DNA of 64,000 nucleotides, from the IMG/VR virus record IMGVR_UViG_3300024308_000188, positions 1 through 64,000 of that record; one strand, given 5' to 3'. A program made the position numbers and the translations under genes. Below are positions 53,381 through 62,387 of this stretch, one piece after another. The notes beneath the pieces are model-generated. The model was not told where the DNA came from, made no database searches, and worked only from the letters and a program-made list of their open reading frames with translations. How positions within the stretch are numbered: position 1 is the stretch's first letter; every line of letters begins with the position of its first letter.

Positions 53381-55081
53381 TCAACTCTCAATAGGTTCTT
53401 TATTTTTTGTTAGTGTGTCAGCTAAACTTTGTTTTTCAATCAACTGACGAACCGGAAGCTTGCGAACAAATTCGGCCATATCTTCGATTCTACGTTTCTG
53501 ACGTTTATCAATACGTACAGTACGATAGTCATCAGGCTCGTTGGTCAAATCATAAAGTTTGTAGATGATAATGTGATCGCTACCTTCCATAGTAGATATG
53601 TCGAAAATCAAGAATTCCCGTTGTTCACTGCGATCATTATTGAACTTTATGATCGAACCTTCTTCAAAATCTTTAACGACTTTTTTCACTTCAGGTTCTT
53701 CAAGCTCTTTAATAGCAGTATCTACTTCTGAATCATCAGTATCTAAATCAACTGGATCTTCATCTTCAACCAATTCTTCTTCCGGTTCCTCAACAACTTC
53801 ATCTTCAAACTCTTCTTCAGATTCTTCCTGATCTTCATCGGACTCGTACTCTACTTCTTCGTCTGCCTCAAGATCATCAACAGTTTCTTCTTCAGCAAAT
53901 TGAGAAAGATCCAGTTTAGGTTTTGGTATAGTCTTTTTAAGATCGGAAATTGCCTGTTCAAACATTTCAGCAACTTCTACTTTTTTCGCTTCGCGCTCAG
54001 GTTCATCCTTTTTATTGAACTCACCTTCTATCTGAAGATTGTCAAGATCTAAATTCAAATCGAAATCTTCTTCATCAGCCAAATGATCAACACGCAAGCC
54101 AAGATCTTCAGCGTTAACTAAACGTCTACGTTTAATCTGCTTGGCAATTTCCTTGTCAGACATTTTAACTGTTTGGGATTTACGAACTTTAATCATGTGT
54201 TCTTCAAGAGTTTGCAAATGAGCTTTAGCATCTTCAGCTTCTTGTTTACGTCTTTGACGTTCAGCCGCACGTTTCTCACTTAACTCCTGAATTTGCTTAC
54301 GTTTTGCAGCAGCTTCCCGTTCACGAATTAATTGACGTTCCCTTGCTCTCTTTTCTTTTTCACGCAAACGCTGTTCTTCCATACTGTTTTCCATATCAGC
54401 CTTGGTGAATCCACCTTCAGGCCATTTATTTTTTGGTAAAACAGTTGTCATTGAAAGAATTATGTCATAGGTGTCAAGGTTAATAGCGAACCGATTAAAA
54501 TTCTGATCTATTAACACTCCACCAGTGGCAGGTTTTATAAAGCGAATGCCAAACACATCACCACGTTTGTAGTGAATTTTTTTATCAGCTTTCTTTACGG
54601 TAAAGCCTGAAGGATCACCAACTCTACGCCATTGGTAATTGGCAAAATTTACACCTTCTTTTGCTTCAGCATTAACAGCACGAGCGGCTTTAAAATAAGC
54701 CGCATCCCATGCACGATTGTCGGATTGTTTATTGATAACCCGAACAATCTTGCCGTCTTGACCTGCTAAATTTTTAATAGCAGGTCTTTTGACTTTTTTA
54801 CTGTTCTCCAGAAGTTTGTTAGCTTCTTTTTGAGTTATTGCAAAATTTACATGGTATAAATCAGGAAGCACAACATAAAAGTTGCCGCTTCTGGCAGCGC
54901 GAATACCATAAATATCGTTCTGAGTTATAGTGCGAGTATGACTACGCTGGACAATTTTTATTCCACGAGATCCATGAAATCTATGCCAAGAAAAATCATC
55001 AAGTTCATCATATTTAGCACTAAGAGAAAGCAAGTTAGAAACCGATAACGGATTTAAGTTGAAACGAAGTTTTTTCATCAA
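53381..55081 (-). CDS. Multidomain protein with leader, two shared [DN][FY]xW...D[IV][FY]GIR domains, coiled coil and acidic tract
   Basis: LL-SLS-AK, DFSWHRF...DIYGIR and NYQWRR...DVFGIR. Confidence 0.7.
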   Translation of the reverse strand: MMKKLRFNLNPLSVSNLLSLSAKYDELDDFSWHRFHGSRGIKIVQRSHTRTITQNDIYGIRAARSGNFYVVLPDLYHVNFAITQKEANKLLENSKKVKRPAIKNLAGQDGKIVRVINKQSDNRAWDAAYFKAARAVNAEAKEGVNFANYQWRRVGDPSGFTVKKADKKIHYKRGDVFGIRFIKPATGGVLIDQNFNRFAINLDTYDIILSMTTVLPKNKWPEGGFTKADMENSMEEQRLREKEKRARERQLIREREAAAKRKQIQELSEKRAAERQRRKQEAEDAKAHLQTLEEHMIKVRKSQTVKMSDKEIAKQIKRRRLVNAEDLGLRVDHLADEEDFDLNLDLDNLQIEGEFNKKDEPEREAKKVEVAEMFEQAISDLKKTIPKPKLDLSQFAEEETVDDLEADEEVEYESDEDQEESEEEFEDEVVEEPEEELVEDEDPVDLDTDDSEVDTAIKELEEPEVKKVVKDFEEGSIIKFNNDRSEQREFLIFDISTMEGSDHIIIYKLYDLTNEPDDYRTVRIDKRQKRRIEDMAEFVRKLPVRQLIEKQSLADTLTKNKEPIES

Positions 55082-55090
55082 AATTTTTCC

Positions 55091-58000
55091 TTAACCGCCG
55101 TGAATGTAACCACGAGGAGGGCAATCGTCTGGATTACATAAGTTTTCGCAAGGCATTATGGCTGTCCAAGCCCATCCTTTCTCTTCAACGTAAACAGCGT
55201 AAAATTGTCCTGACGTATAACCATAGGTTAGTGCGTTATCTTCAGCAAGCTCTTGAGTTGCAAAATAACCAGGATGCAATTCATTAGCAGGTGGAGTACG
55301 AACAAACGTAGATGTAAATTCAAGTGGTTCAACAGCAGCCACAGCAAATACAAAGTTTCTATCTGTATCTGTGTAAGCAACTTCACGAATAACAACAGGC
55401 GAATTTGTCTTATGTACTACAGTATCGAATGGATCTTTGATGTAAATGCGATTCGATGGATCTCCATCAGTCATACGAGTTAATCCAAATTTTGGATCTG
55501 TTCCACTCAATCGTGCATCATATTTTGGAGCAAAACTTATTAAATCACTTACCATTGGAACCGCATATTGCGTAGTGAACGTGTAGGCAGATCCCAAATC
55601 GCTGACCGAATATTTAGTATTGGCATACACAACATTGGAGTCATTAACTGAATAATCCAAAACAAATTTAACAGGATCTGGTTGTTTAACAATCCAAAAA
55701 TTCGTAGATGTTTTTACTTCAGTGTGTGATTCAGATACTGACCAATTTCTCGATGCAGTAATAAAGTTTCTATTTTGCTCGTCATCAAACCAACCATCAC
55801 GATCAATGTAATAAGCAGTGTCGGATCTCCAAACATAGTTAGGTGTGTAAGTTGGAGAGTGTCCAAATTGCAGAACCTGACCATTCGACATATCAAATAA
55901 AGTGAAAGGCTTATTGTCATACCTAACAACGGTAAACTCAGTCAATATTACTGGATTATCATAACCACTGAACACAACGGCTTGAACATTGTTGGTGTCC
56001 AAGACATTGACTGTGTAAGTAGCGTTTGAATAAACAACGGCTATACTTGATTTTAAATTTACTAAATGAGCTGAATTGTCTACAGCAACTTTTCGGCCAA
56101 CATCAATCAAATGTTCTGTGTTATTAGGAGTAACAACTTCCAGTAACATTGGTATAGATAAAACATTGTTTGCGTAACCTACATTAATTCTCAGTCCACG
56201 CATTGAAACTAAATCTACACCAGCATCAAACACATAGTTGAAATCTGAAGGTGTGACAATATTCGGTTTGGTAACAACATAGTTTGAATCACGTAGTATC
56301 TCAGAGAAGTTTTTATTTTTCTGAGGAACTACTTCACTGTGATCAGCCAAAACCAAACTTTTATTTGATTCAGGCACTATGCTATTAGGTTGACCTAAAA
56401 CAACAGGTGCATTAGAGACTTTTATTGGTTTAAGAACAGTGGCCGCTTTAGTTCCATTACTATGATTTACTTTCATGCTATAACTTTGAGCACGAACATA
56501 ATCAACTGTCGTATCTGTTTCAACAGCAGAACCTAACTGACCAAAATAAAGTTCGGGATCTAGTGTAACACTGATATTGCTATCAAAAGTCTCAATAGTC
56601 CAAAAGCCTCGACGCCCTCCAACATATACACTTAGATTTACAGTATCACCATGTATTGGTCGGCCATAACCTTTAAGTTGAAGTGTATCACCATCATCCA
56701 TATTGATTGTACGAAATACATCATTTAATGGCATACCGCGCCAATCAAGTCGAGCAGATCCTAAATCAACACGCTGTCCATTATGATATAATTCTGTGCC
56801 GTAAGGAACAACCACCGGAACATTAACTGAATTTCCAATTCCAGTTATTGAAACTGTGTTACTGGATAAAAAATCCTTTATACTTGCACCGACAATAGTT
56901 CCAAAGTTAAATGCGTCAGGAGTAGTATCACCAATAGTATAAGCAACGAATCCACCCACCGCATAACAAGTCGAGACCGCAACATTGTGCGGTGTGTCGT
57001 AGTTATACGTTGTTTTAACTTTGATCTTGATTTTATCGCCTGTTCTGGCGGTGATTGTTTGTCCTGATTCAATTCCGTTGACGACAAACTGCGCCTCATA
57101 TTGATCAGGGATTTTGAATACAGTCGGCTCATAGTTTGTTCCACTCAAATTAATTTCATTCGAGTAAACAAAAGTACCAAGTGGATTGTCATATGTGCTA
57201 TCAAATTCAAGTACAGGTCTTGGCAATACAGCAGTATCTGACTCAGCAAGCGTACTAACACTAAATGGAGTTTCAAATCTTTCCTGTTCAATAGTTATTC
57301 TTGCGGTAACAACAGCACAACCTAAAGCATCAGCTTGAACTCGAACGGCCAGTGTGTCACCATTTTGAATTATAACCGAAGTTCCTACGAAATTTCCGTT
57401 GTGTACAAAAATACCAGTATCAGTTTCTACTTCAACAGGAGAAGTTAAATGTGAGATTGTTACGGTGTTACTGACAACAAAAGATTCTGGAGCCGCACCA
57501 AATACAGGATTGAATTTAAAATCAAATGGAACAATTCTGCTATCATCAAGATAAACTGAAGCAGTGAAAATTTGTTGGTCTACAACAACGCCAAAGAAAA
57601 GAGGATCTGGAACTCCAGGAATATAATCAAAACGAACTTGAATACTATCGTTGGAAGTAACTGAAGTAACATTTGGTTGTGGTACACCATTTACCATTAA
57701 AGTGTAATTAGATTCCGCCGGAAACAATTGGATTCTTATTGGCTTATTAGCGGTAAGGATTTCAATTGGGCCAGTTACACCTGTATCACCTAATGGAAAA
57801 TCTGTTATATCAATAAATTCCGAAGAATCCAGAGTATAAACAAGTTGATCCATATCAATCTTGTTTGGAATGTTCGCATAGGCATCAAATAAATAAATTT
57901 CATCTGCTAATGCTATACCATAAGCACCAAAGCCTACAGACCAATCTTGATTAAATTCGTCACGAACATAAACTTTTTTAGCTTCTACGTCACTGACATA

Positions 58001-59086
58001 AATGCGGCCGCTTGCTTGAACAATCACAACATCTAAAAATAATGCGTCAGGTATATTTATTTTTTGCGTAGAAAAGTCGGTGAGGTTTATTTTTGTAATG
58101 AATGAATTAAAGCCGTGAGTTATGTAAAGAGTATTATCATTTACATAACTGTTTCTTGCGTCAGCATCTAGTGCAGCTAAAGCCACATCATTAAGATCCA
58201 CAAGTTCATGCTCAGACATAACATATATGGTTGTGTCTTTTGAGGCAAGACTGTGAATTCTTCCAGCAAATGTTATATCTGGCTGTGCGACAAAATTTAA
58301 AGATGAATCTACTGCCCAAACTTTTAAAACTGTGGAGCCTTGTGCATAAGCATAAAGCTTATTGTCATTGAATAAGACTCCGGCAACATCGCTCAAGCTT
58401 AAAGATGTTATTGGAGAAAAGAAAGCATCATATATGACAATACTATTGTCTTTATTGTAAGCAACTGCTGTACAAAGACGAATTTGGTCTGAGCCATATA
58501 AATTTGAGGAACTTATTGGGCCAGCACCTGCTAAAGTTTTTGCAATAGTTTTAGAGTCTGTATCAAAGATGATTGTTTGATTACGATTAAAATCTAATAC
58601 AGCAAACGCATTTAAAGCAAACGCATTTGTAGGCTGAGCATTAAGATCGTAACTGTGAGTTTGAATGCCATTGAAATCGAAACTTTTTAAATACCGTTGG
58701 CTATTAGGAGCCCAAGTTAATTCTGGAATCACTTCAGCACTAAATAAATCGTTGTATCGTTCATCATAGCTAAATGTGGCTATGTTTTTTGTGATAAGAG
58801 CGTAATAGCCTACTACAACTCCATTTTGTCGAACCACACTAACAGCGCTTGCGCCATTTGTATTTGAAGAACTTAATAAAATTTTCAATTCAGCATCAGG
58901 AGCAACGTCTGCACCGGAACCTAAAACTGATCCTGATTGTGTTTGCAACTGACCATTGCTGATAGTTATATTAGCAAACGGATTGCCTTGAGCATCAAAA
59001 AGAAATAATGCAGGATCTGGTGTAAATGTAAGAGAGGTATAGCGCTGACCCGCTTCACGATCTGGACGAACATCTATTAAGCGCAT
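55091..59086 (-). CDS. Large tail fibre/appendage protein (beta-propeller-like plus Ig-like repeats)
   Basis: 1331 aa, beta-rich. Repeats of PxxFxF...SNTVTI...VNG...GDTL. Cys-rich C-terminus ending GYIHGG. Confidence 0.65.
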   Translation of the reverse strand: MRLIDVRPDREAGQRYTSLTFTPDPALFLFDAQGNPFANITISNGQLQTQSGSVLGSGADVAPDAELKILLSSSNTNGASAVSVVRQNGVVVGYYALITKNIATFSYDERYNDLFSAEVIPELTWAPNSQRYLKSFDFNGIQTHSYDLNAQPTNAFALNAFAVLDFNRNQTIIFDTDSKTIAKTLAGAGPISSSNLYGSDQIRLCTAVAYNKDNSIVIYDAFFSPITSLSLSDVAGVLFNDNKLYAYAQGSTVLKVWAVDSSLNFVAQPDITFAGRIHSLASKDTTIYVMSEHELVDLNDVALAALDADARNSYVNDNTLYITHGFNSFITKINLTDFSTQKINIPDALFLDVVIVQASGRIYVSDVEAKKVYVRDEFNQDWSVGFGAYGIALADEIYLFDAYANIPNKIDMDQLVYTLDSSEFIDITDFPLGDTGVTGPIEILTANKPIRIQLFPAESNYTLMVNGVPQPNVTSVTSNDSIQVRFDYIPGVPDPLFFGVVVDQQIFTASVYLDDSRIVPFDFKFNPVFGAAPESFVVSNTVTISHLTSPVEVETDTGIFVHNGNFVGTSVIIQNGDTLAVRVQADALGCAVVTARITIEQERFETPFSVSTLAESDTAVLPRPVLEFDSTYDNPLGTFVYSNEINLSGTNYEPTVFKIPDQYEAQFVVNGIESGQTITARTGDKIKIKVKTTYNYDTPHNVAVSTCYAVGGFVAYTIGDTTPDAFNFGTIVGASIKDFLSSNTVSITGIGNSVNVPVVVPYGTELYHNGQRVDLGSARLDWRGMPLNDVFRTINMDDGDTLQLKGYGRPIHGDTVNLSVYVGGRRGFWTIETFDSNISVTLDPELYFGQLGSAVETDTTVDYVRAQSYSMKVNHSNGTKAATVLKPIKVSNAPVVLGQPNSIVPESNKSLVLADHSEVVPQKNKNFSEILRDSNYVVTKPNIVTPSDFNYVFDAGVDLVSMRGLRINVGYANNVLSIPMLLEVVTPNNTEHLIDVGRKVAVDNSAHLVNLKSSIAVVYSNATYTVNVLDTNNVQAVVFSGYDNPVILTEFTVVRYDNKPFTLFDMSNGQVLQFGHSPTYTPNYVWRSDTAYYIDRDGWFDDEQNRNFITASRNWSVSESHTEVKTSTNFWIVKQPDPVKFVLDYSVNDSNVVYANTKYSVSDLGSAYTFTTQYAVPMVSDLISFAPKYDARLSGTDPKFGLTRMTDGDPSNRIYIKDPFDTVVHKTNSPVVIREVAYTDTDRNFVFAVAAVEPLEFTSTFVRTPPANELHPGYFATQELAEDNALTYGYTSGQFYAVYVEEKGWAWTAIMPCENLCNPDDCPPRGYIHGG

Positions 59087-59103
59087 GAATATTTCTCCAA
59101 ACG

Positions 59104-59128
59104 AAAAAGGCGGCGCTTGGCCGCCTTT
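59104..59128 (-). terminator. Intrinsic terminator
   Basis: Minus strand AAAGGCGGCCAAGCGCCGCCTTTTT. Confidence 0.8.
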
Positions 59129-59143
59129 GTTTAGTTTTGTAAC

Positions 59144-60445
59144 TTAAGGAGTAACAGGAGCAGGTAAATCACCACCGGCCTTTAAGAACATTAAACGCAT
59201 ACCTTTGTTGTCACGACGGTTTGCTTTCAATGCCTTATACACACGTTTATGCGGATCATTACCGTTCATTTCGTTGTACACGTTAACTTCTACTTCAGCA
59301 AACTGAGAAACAACATCAGCTGAAATATAAGTAATCATATCCAATTCGTGTGGGTATGAATAACGCTGTGTACTCAGACCTTTGATCATGTTCATGGTCA
59401 GGTCGTTGTTTTCACTGATACTTACTTGTTGCATCACGTTGATAATACGTGAGCTGTCGTTTGTATCAAAACAAGCGGTAACTGGAACTGTTGGAGTGTG
59501 AACATCACTTTCACGAACAACGAAATAGTAAACGTCATCGAAAGCATCCAACAGATCTGGCCCTTGAATATCATCACCAAGGCTTGAAGCCAGATCACCA
59601 CCACCTGCCATACTGAATACGCAGAATAATGGAGACTTACCAACAACACCAGGAGTTTCATTTCCTAAAATTGTTTGTCCAGTATCTTTATCAACCATGC
59701 GTTGAACAGTCCACCAATGGAAACGATCACCAGTGTTATCACGAGCTTCTGTCCACATCATAAATGCAACACCGTGATCGGTTGTTGATAATGCGTAAGT
59801 CAGTGGAATAGATTCTTCGTTAACTACATCAGTACCTTGGCGGTTGATATAGAAGCCGAAGTGTTCATAGCGCCAGCTTGGACGATCTTGATACGCAAGA
59901 GCAGCCCAACTTGCAGCGTCAGTACCTTGCTTACAATCTGGATGAATCCAATCTTTACCATTAGGAGTTTTAGCAATTGAATTTGTAGTTAACAAACCAG
60001 TGCGAGAAACTTGACGGTTAGTGCCAACCATAACATCTTTACTGATTGCAACTTTAAATTCGCCATCAGCATCGATAATGTTTGTTGGTGTACAAACATA
60101 CCAGTTGATCCAACCTTTAGCGCTTGCAAGTGGAATACCGCCAGCGCCTTCAGAATTCACTTCGATAACAAAACGCCACGGTTGACGATTATCATAAAGT
60201 GGATTCGGAGTAGTGCCGTCTGGCATCATTGTTGCGCCATCTTCGATAGCCAACGGATCTACTTGTTCCGTTGCAGCTAACAACACACGTTTAACAGTGC
60301 TATCAACAGTTGTTGGGTGAGCAGTTACTGCTGAATCGTTTATGTTCAACACTTTGAAACCACGAGCTTGCAAATCCATCACTAAAGAAGCGACCATGCT
60401 TTGCACGTTGATAAAATTACCACGTTCGATATAACTTGTAGCCAT
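59144..60445 (-). CDS. Virion structural protein, paralog of 60464-61555
   Basis: Shares VDPLAxE, RQPWR, CTPT, TDHGV, QRxV, KSPLFC, YFVVRExD and RYxYPxxLDMI. Confidence 0.7.
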   Translation of the reverse strand: MATSYIERGNFINVQSMVASLVMDLQARGFKVLNINDSAVTAHPTTVDSTVKRVLLAATEQVDPLAIEDGATMMPDGTTPNPLYDNRQPWRFVIEVNSEGAGGIPLASAKGWINWYVCTPTNIIDADGEFKVAISKDVMVGTNRQVSRTGLLTTNSIAKTPNGKDWIHPDCKQGTDAASWAALAYQDRPSWRYEHFGFYINRQGTDVVNEESIPLTYALSTTDHGVAFMMWTEARDNTGDRFHWWTVQRMVDKDTGQTILGNETPGVVGKSPLFCVFSMAGGGDLASSLGDDIQGPDLLDAFDDVYYFVVRESDVHTPTVPVTACFDTNDSSRIINVMQQVSISENNDLTMNMIKGLSTQRYSYPHELDMITYISADVVSQFAEVEVNVYNEMNGNDPHKRVYKALKANRRDNKGMRLMFLKAGGDLPAPVTP

Positions 60446-60463
60446 TTAGCTATCTCCTAAAAT

Positions 60464-61555
60464 TTACTGTATACCAGCACCTTGTTTCATAACGCAAATA
60501 CGAACACCTTTGTTATAAGGTGAATTGGCTTGAATAGCCTCATAAACTCTTTGTTGCCCAAACATCGTTAACGGCTGCACAGATTTTTGAGAAAGTAATT
60601 CTGCACTAGCATATCCAATCATGTCCAACTTATACGGATAGTAGTAACGATGTGTGTTCATACCTTTAGGGAAATGAATAACAAAGTTACGATTTACCAT
60701 CATACCTACTTGTTGAATAGGATTTATTAATGGGAAACTATCAGCAGACGCAACAACTGCACTTAACGGAATTGTTGGTGCAGAAATATCTTCTTCACGT
60801 ACAACAAAATAAAGAATTCCATCAGGTGAAATTGCATTGTCATCTGTTCCACCGCCACCATCTTGAGTAAACAAACAAAACAGTGGAGATTTTTCATCTA
60901 ACAGTATTGAACCATCTTCTTTCACAAGACGTTGGATAGCAAACCAGTTAAAGCATTTGCCACTACTGTCATAACTTTCTGCCCATGTGTTTAATGTTAC
61001 ACCATGATCGGTCACACTCAACATATAGGACATAGGTAAGGCTTCATAATCCAACTCTTCACCATTAAAGCTAGGCCACACAGTATTATTCGCATCTTTG
61101 AAAGCACGGAAGAAATACTTTTGATTTGGCCCAACAGAAACAATATTATTTTTTCCAAAGAAACCAGATTGACGAACATCTGTTGCATCTGCTTTATACG
61201 CAGAGACAGAAATTAATCCGTTGGCTTCAGTAATAACTTGTGTTGGGGTACAAGCCCAATAACGTATATAATGATCTGCATGTGAAACTTGAATCACAAG
61301 TCTCCAAGGTTGACGACGAGAATAGTTTGGATCTGAAGTTGCACCTTCTTCTACCGCTAATGGATCAACGGCAGTCGTTGGAGCAAGAACATAAACGTGT
61401 GTATTTTCATCGTGGTTAGGTGCAGTATTTGCACCTTGCGCGACTGCTGTATAAGCAGTTAACAAAGTAAAACCAGCTGATTTTAAATCGGTAACTATGT
61501 CACGCACCATAACCTGAAGATTTACGAAGCCAGTTCTGTTAAAATGTCCGGGCAT
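60464..61555 (-). CDS. Virion structural protein, paralog of 59144-60445
   Basis: Same shared motifs as the neighbour. Confidence 0.7.
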   Translation of the reverse strand: MPGHFNRTGFVNLQVMVRDIVTDLKSAGFTLLTAYTAVAQGANTAPNHDENTHVYVLAPTTAVDPLAVEEGATSDPNYSRRQPWRLVIQVSHADHYIRYWACTPTQVITEANGLISVSAYKADATDVRQSGFFGKNNIVSVGPNQKYFFRAFKDANNTVWPSFNGEELDYEALPMSYMLSVTDHGVTLNTWAESYDSSGKCFNWFAIQRLVKEDGSILLDEKSPLFCLFTQDGGGGTDDNAISPDGILYFVVREEDISAPTIPLSAVVASADSFPLINPIQQVGMMVNRNFVIHFPKGMNTHRYYYPYKLDMIGYASAELLSQKSVQPLTMFGQQRVYEAIQANSPYNKGVRICVMKQGAGIQ

Positions 61556-61566
61556 GTTAACTCCTG

Positions 61567-62370
61567 TTATTGCAATGTCAAAGCTGTGATTGTTACTGTA
61601 GGTCTTGAGTCAACAGCACCAACATTTTTTAAAGTAAAATATTGCATTGTGCTAGGTGCTTCAGACAAATTAAGCATAAAGCTAAAACGCCTGTGATTAA
61701 TGTAGTCACCATTTATATTGGTAATACCTTCATCAAACAGAAATTCTGGACTACTTACAAATTTGTAAGGATTTCGATCAGTACGAGCGGCTGTTGTAAA
61801 TCCTTTTAATTCAAAATCAGGTGTGTTAACTTCTACATAAGCAAGTAATACACTCAATCCTAAATTAAGTTCAAAAGGATGTTCTTCACCAGCTGCAATA
61901 CTGTTCAACGGTTGGTAAGTTCTTGTAACTCGTTGACCAGCACCAAGGCCAACATATTCCCAACCTATAGTGCCGTCAAGTCGAACAGTTAAAACTTTAC
62001 TAACTGCCTTTCCTTGTTGCGGAACCAAATAGTTCGGATTGATAGATAAACGATCTTGGTTTTCACCTAAAAATTCCAATGGAGTTTCTGTGGTAAAAAC
62101 TAAGCCGCTTTCATACTCAAGCCAAGCTTCTTTGGTTTCATCCAGATAATAAATGATCCCTGGAGTTTCCATAACACCACAGAGCATCATTTTCTTACGA
62201 GCATCAAATTGTTCAATACCAAAACTTTTAGATGCAGCGTCAACCAAAAATTGATCACGATCAGCAATTGTAGCAAAAACTCTGTAGCCACCCTTGAGGA
62301 AATTATCCTCAAGGATGAACGGAACAAAGTTTGTCGCTGGCTGATAAAAATCTGTAGCTGCCAACGGCAT
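61567..62370 (-). CDS. Virion structural protein
   Basis: LKGGYRVFATIADRD N-motif, located in the fibre gene cluster. Confidence 0.55.
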   Translation of the reverse strand: MPLAATDFYQPATNFVPFILEDNFLKGGYRVFATIADRDQFLVDAASKSFGIEQFDARKKMMLCGVMETPGIIYYLDETKEAWLEYESGLVFTTETPLEFLGENQDRLSINPNYLVPQQGKAVSKVLTVRLDGTIGWEYVGLGAGQRVTRTYQPLNSIAAGEEHPFELNLGLSVLLAYVEVNTPDFELKGFTTAARTDRNPYKFVSSPEFLFDEGITNINGDYINHRRFSFMLNLSEAPSTMQYFTLKNVGAVDSRPTVTITALTLQ

Positions 62371-62387
62371 AAAACTAACTCCTAGTC

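Noticed and set aside
4375-55081. Leaders as Sec or lipoprotein signal peptides (MK + hydrophobic + small-x-small; LVSLC resembles a lipobox)
   Set aside because: The hydrophobic cores are only about 3-6 residues and often interrupted by K/R. They occur on nucleic-acid enzymes such as TopIB, and the same motif recurs internally in the scaffold and capsid protein.
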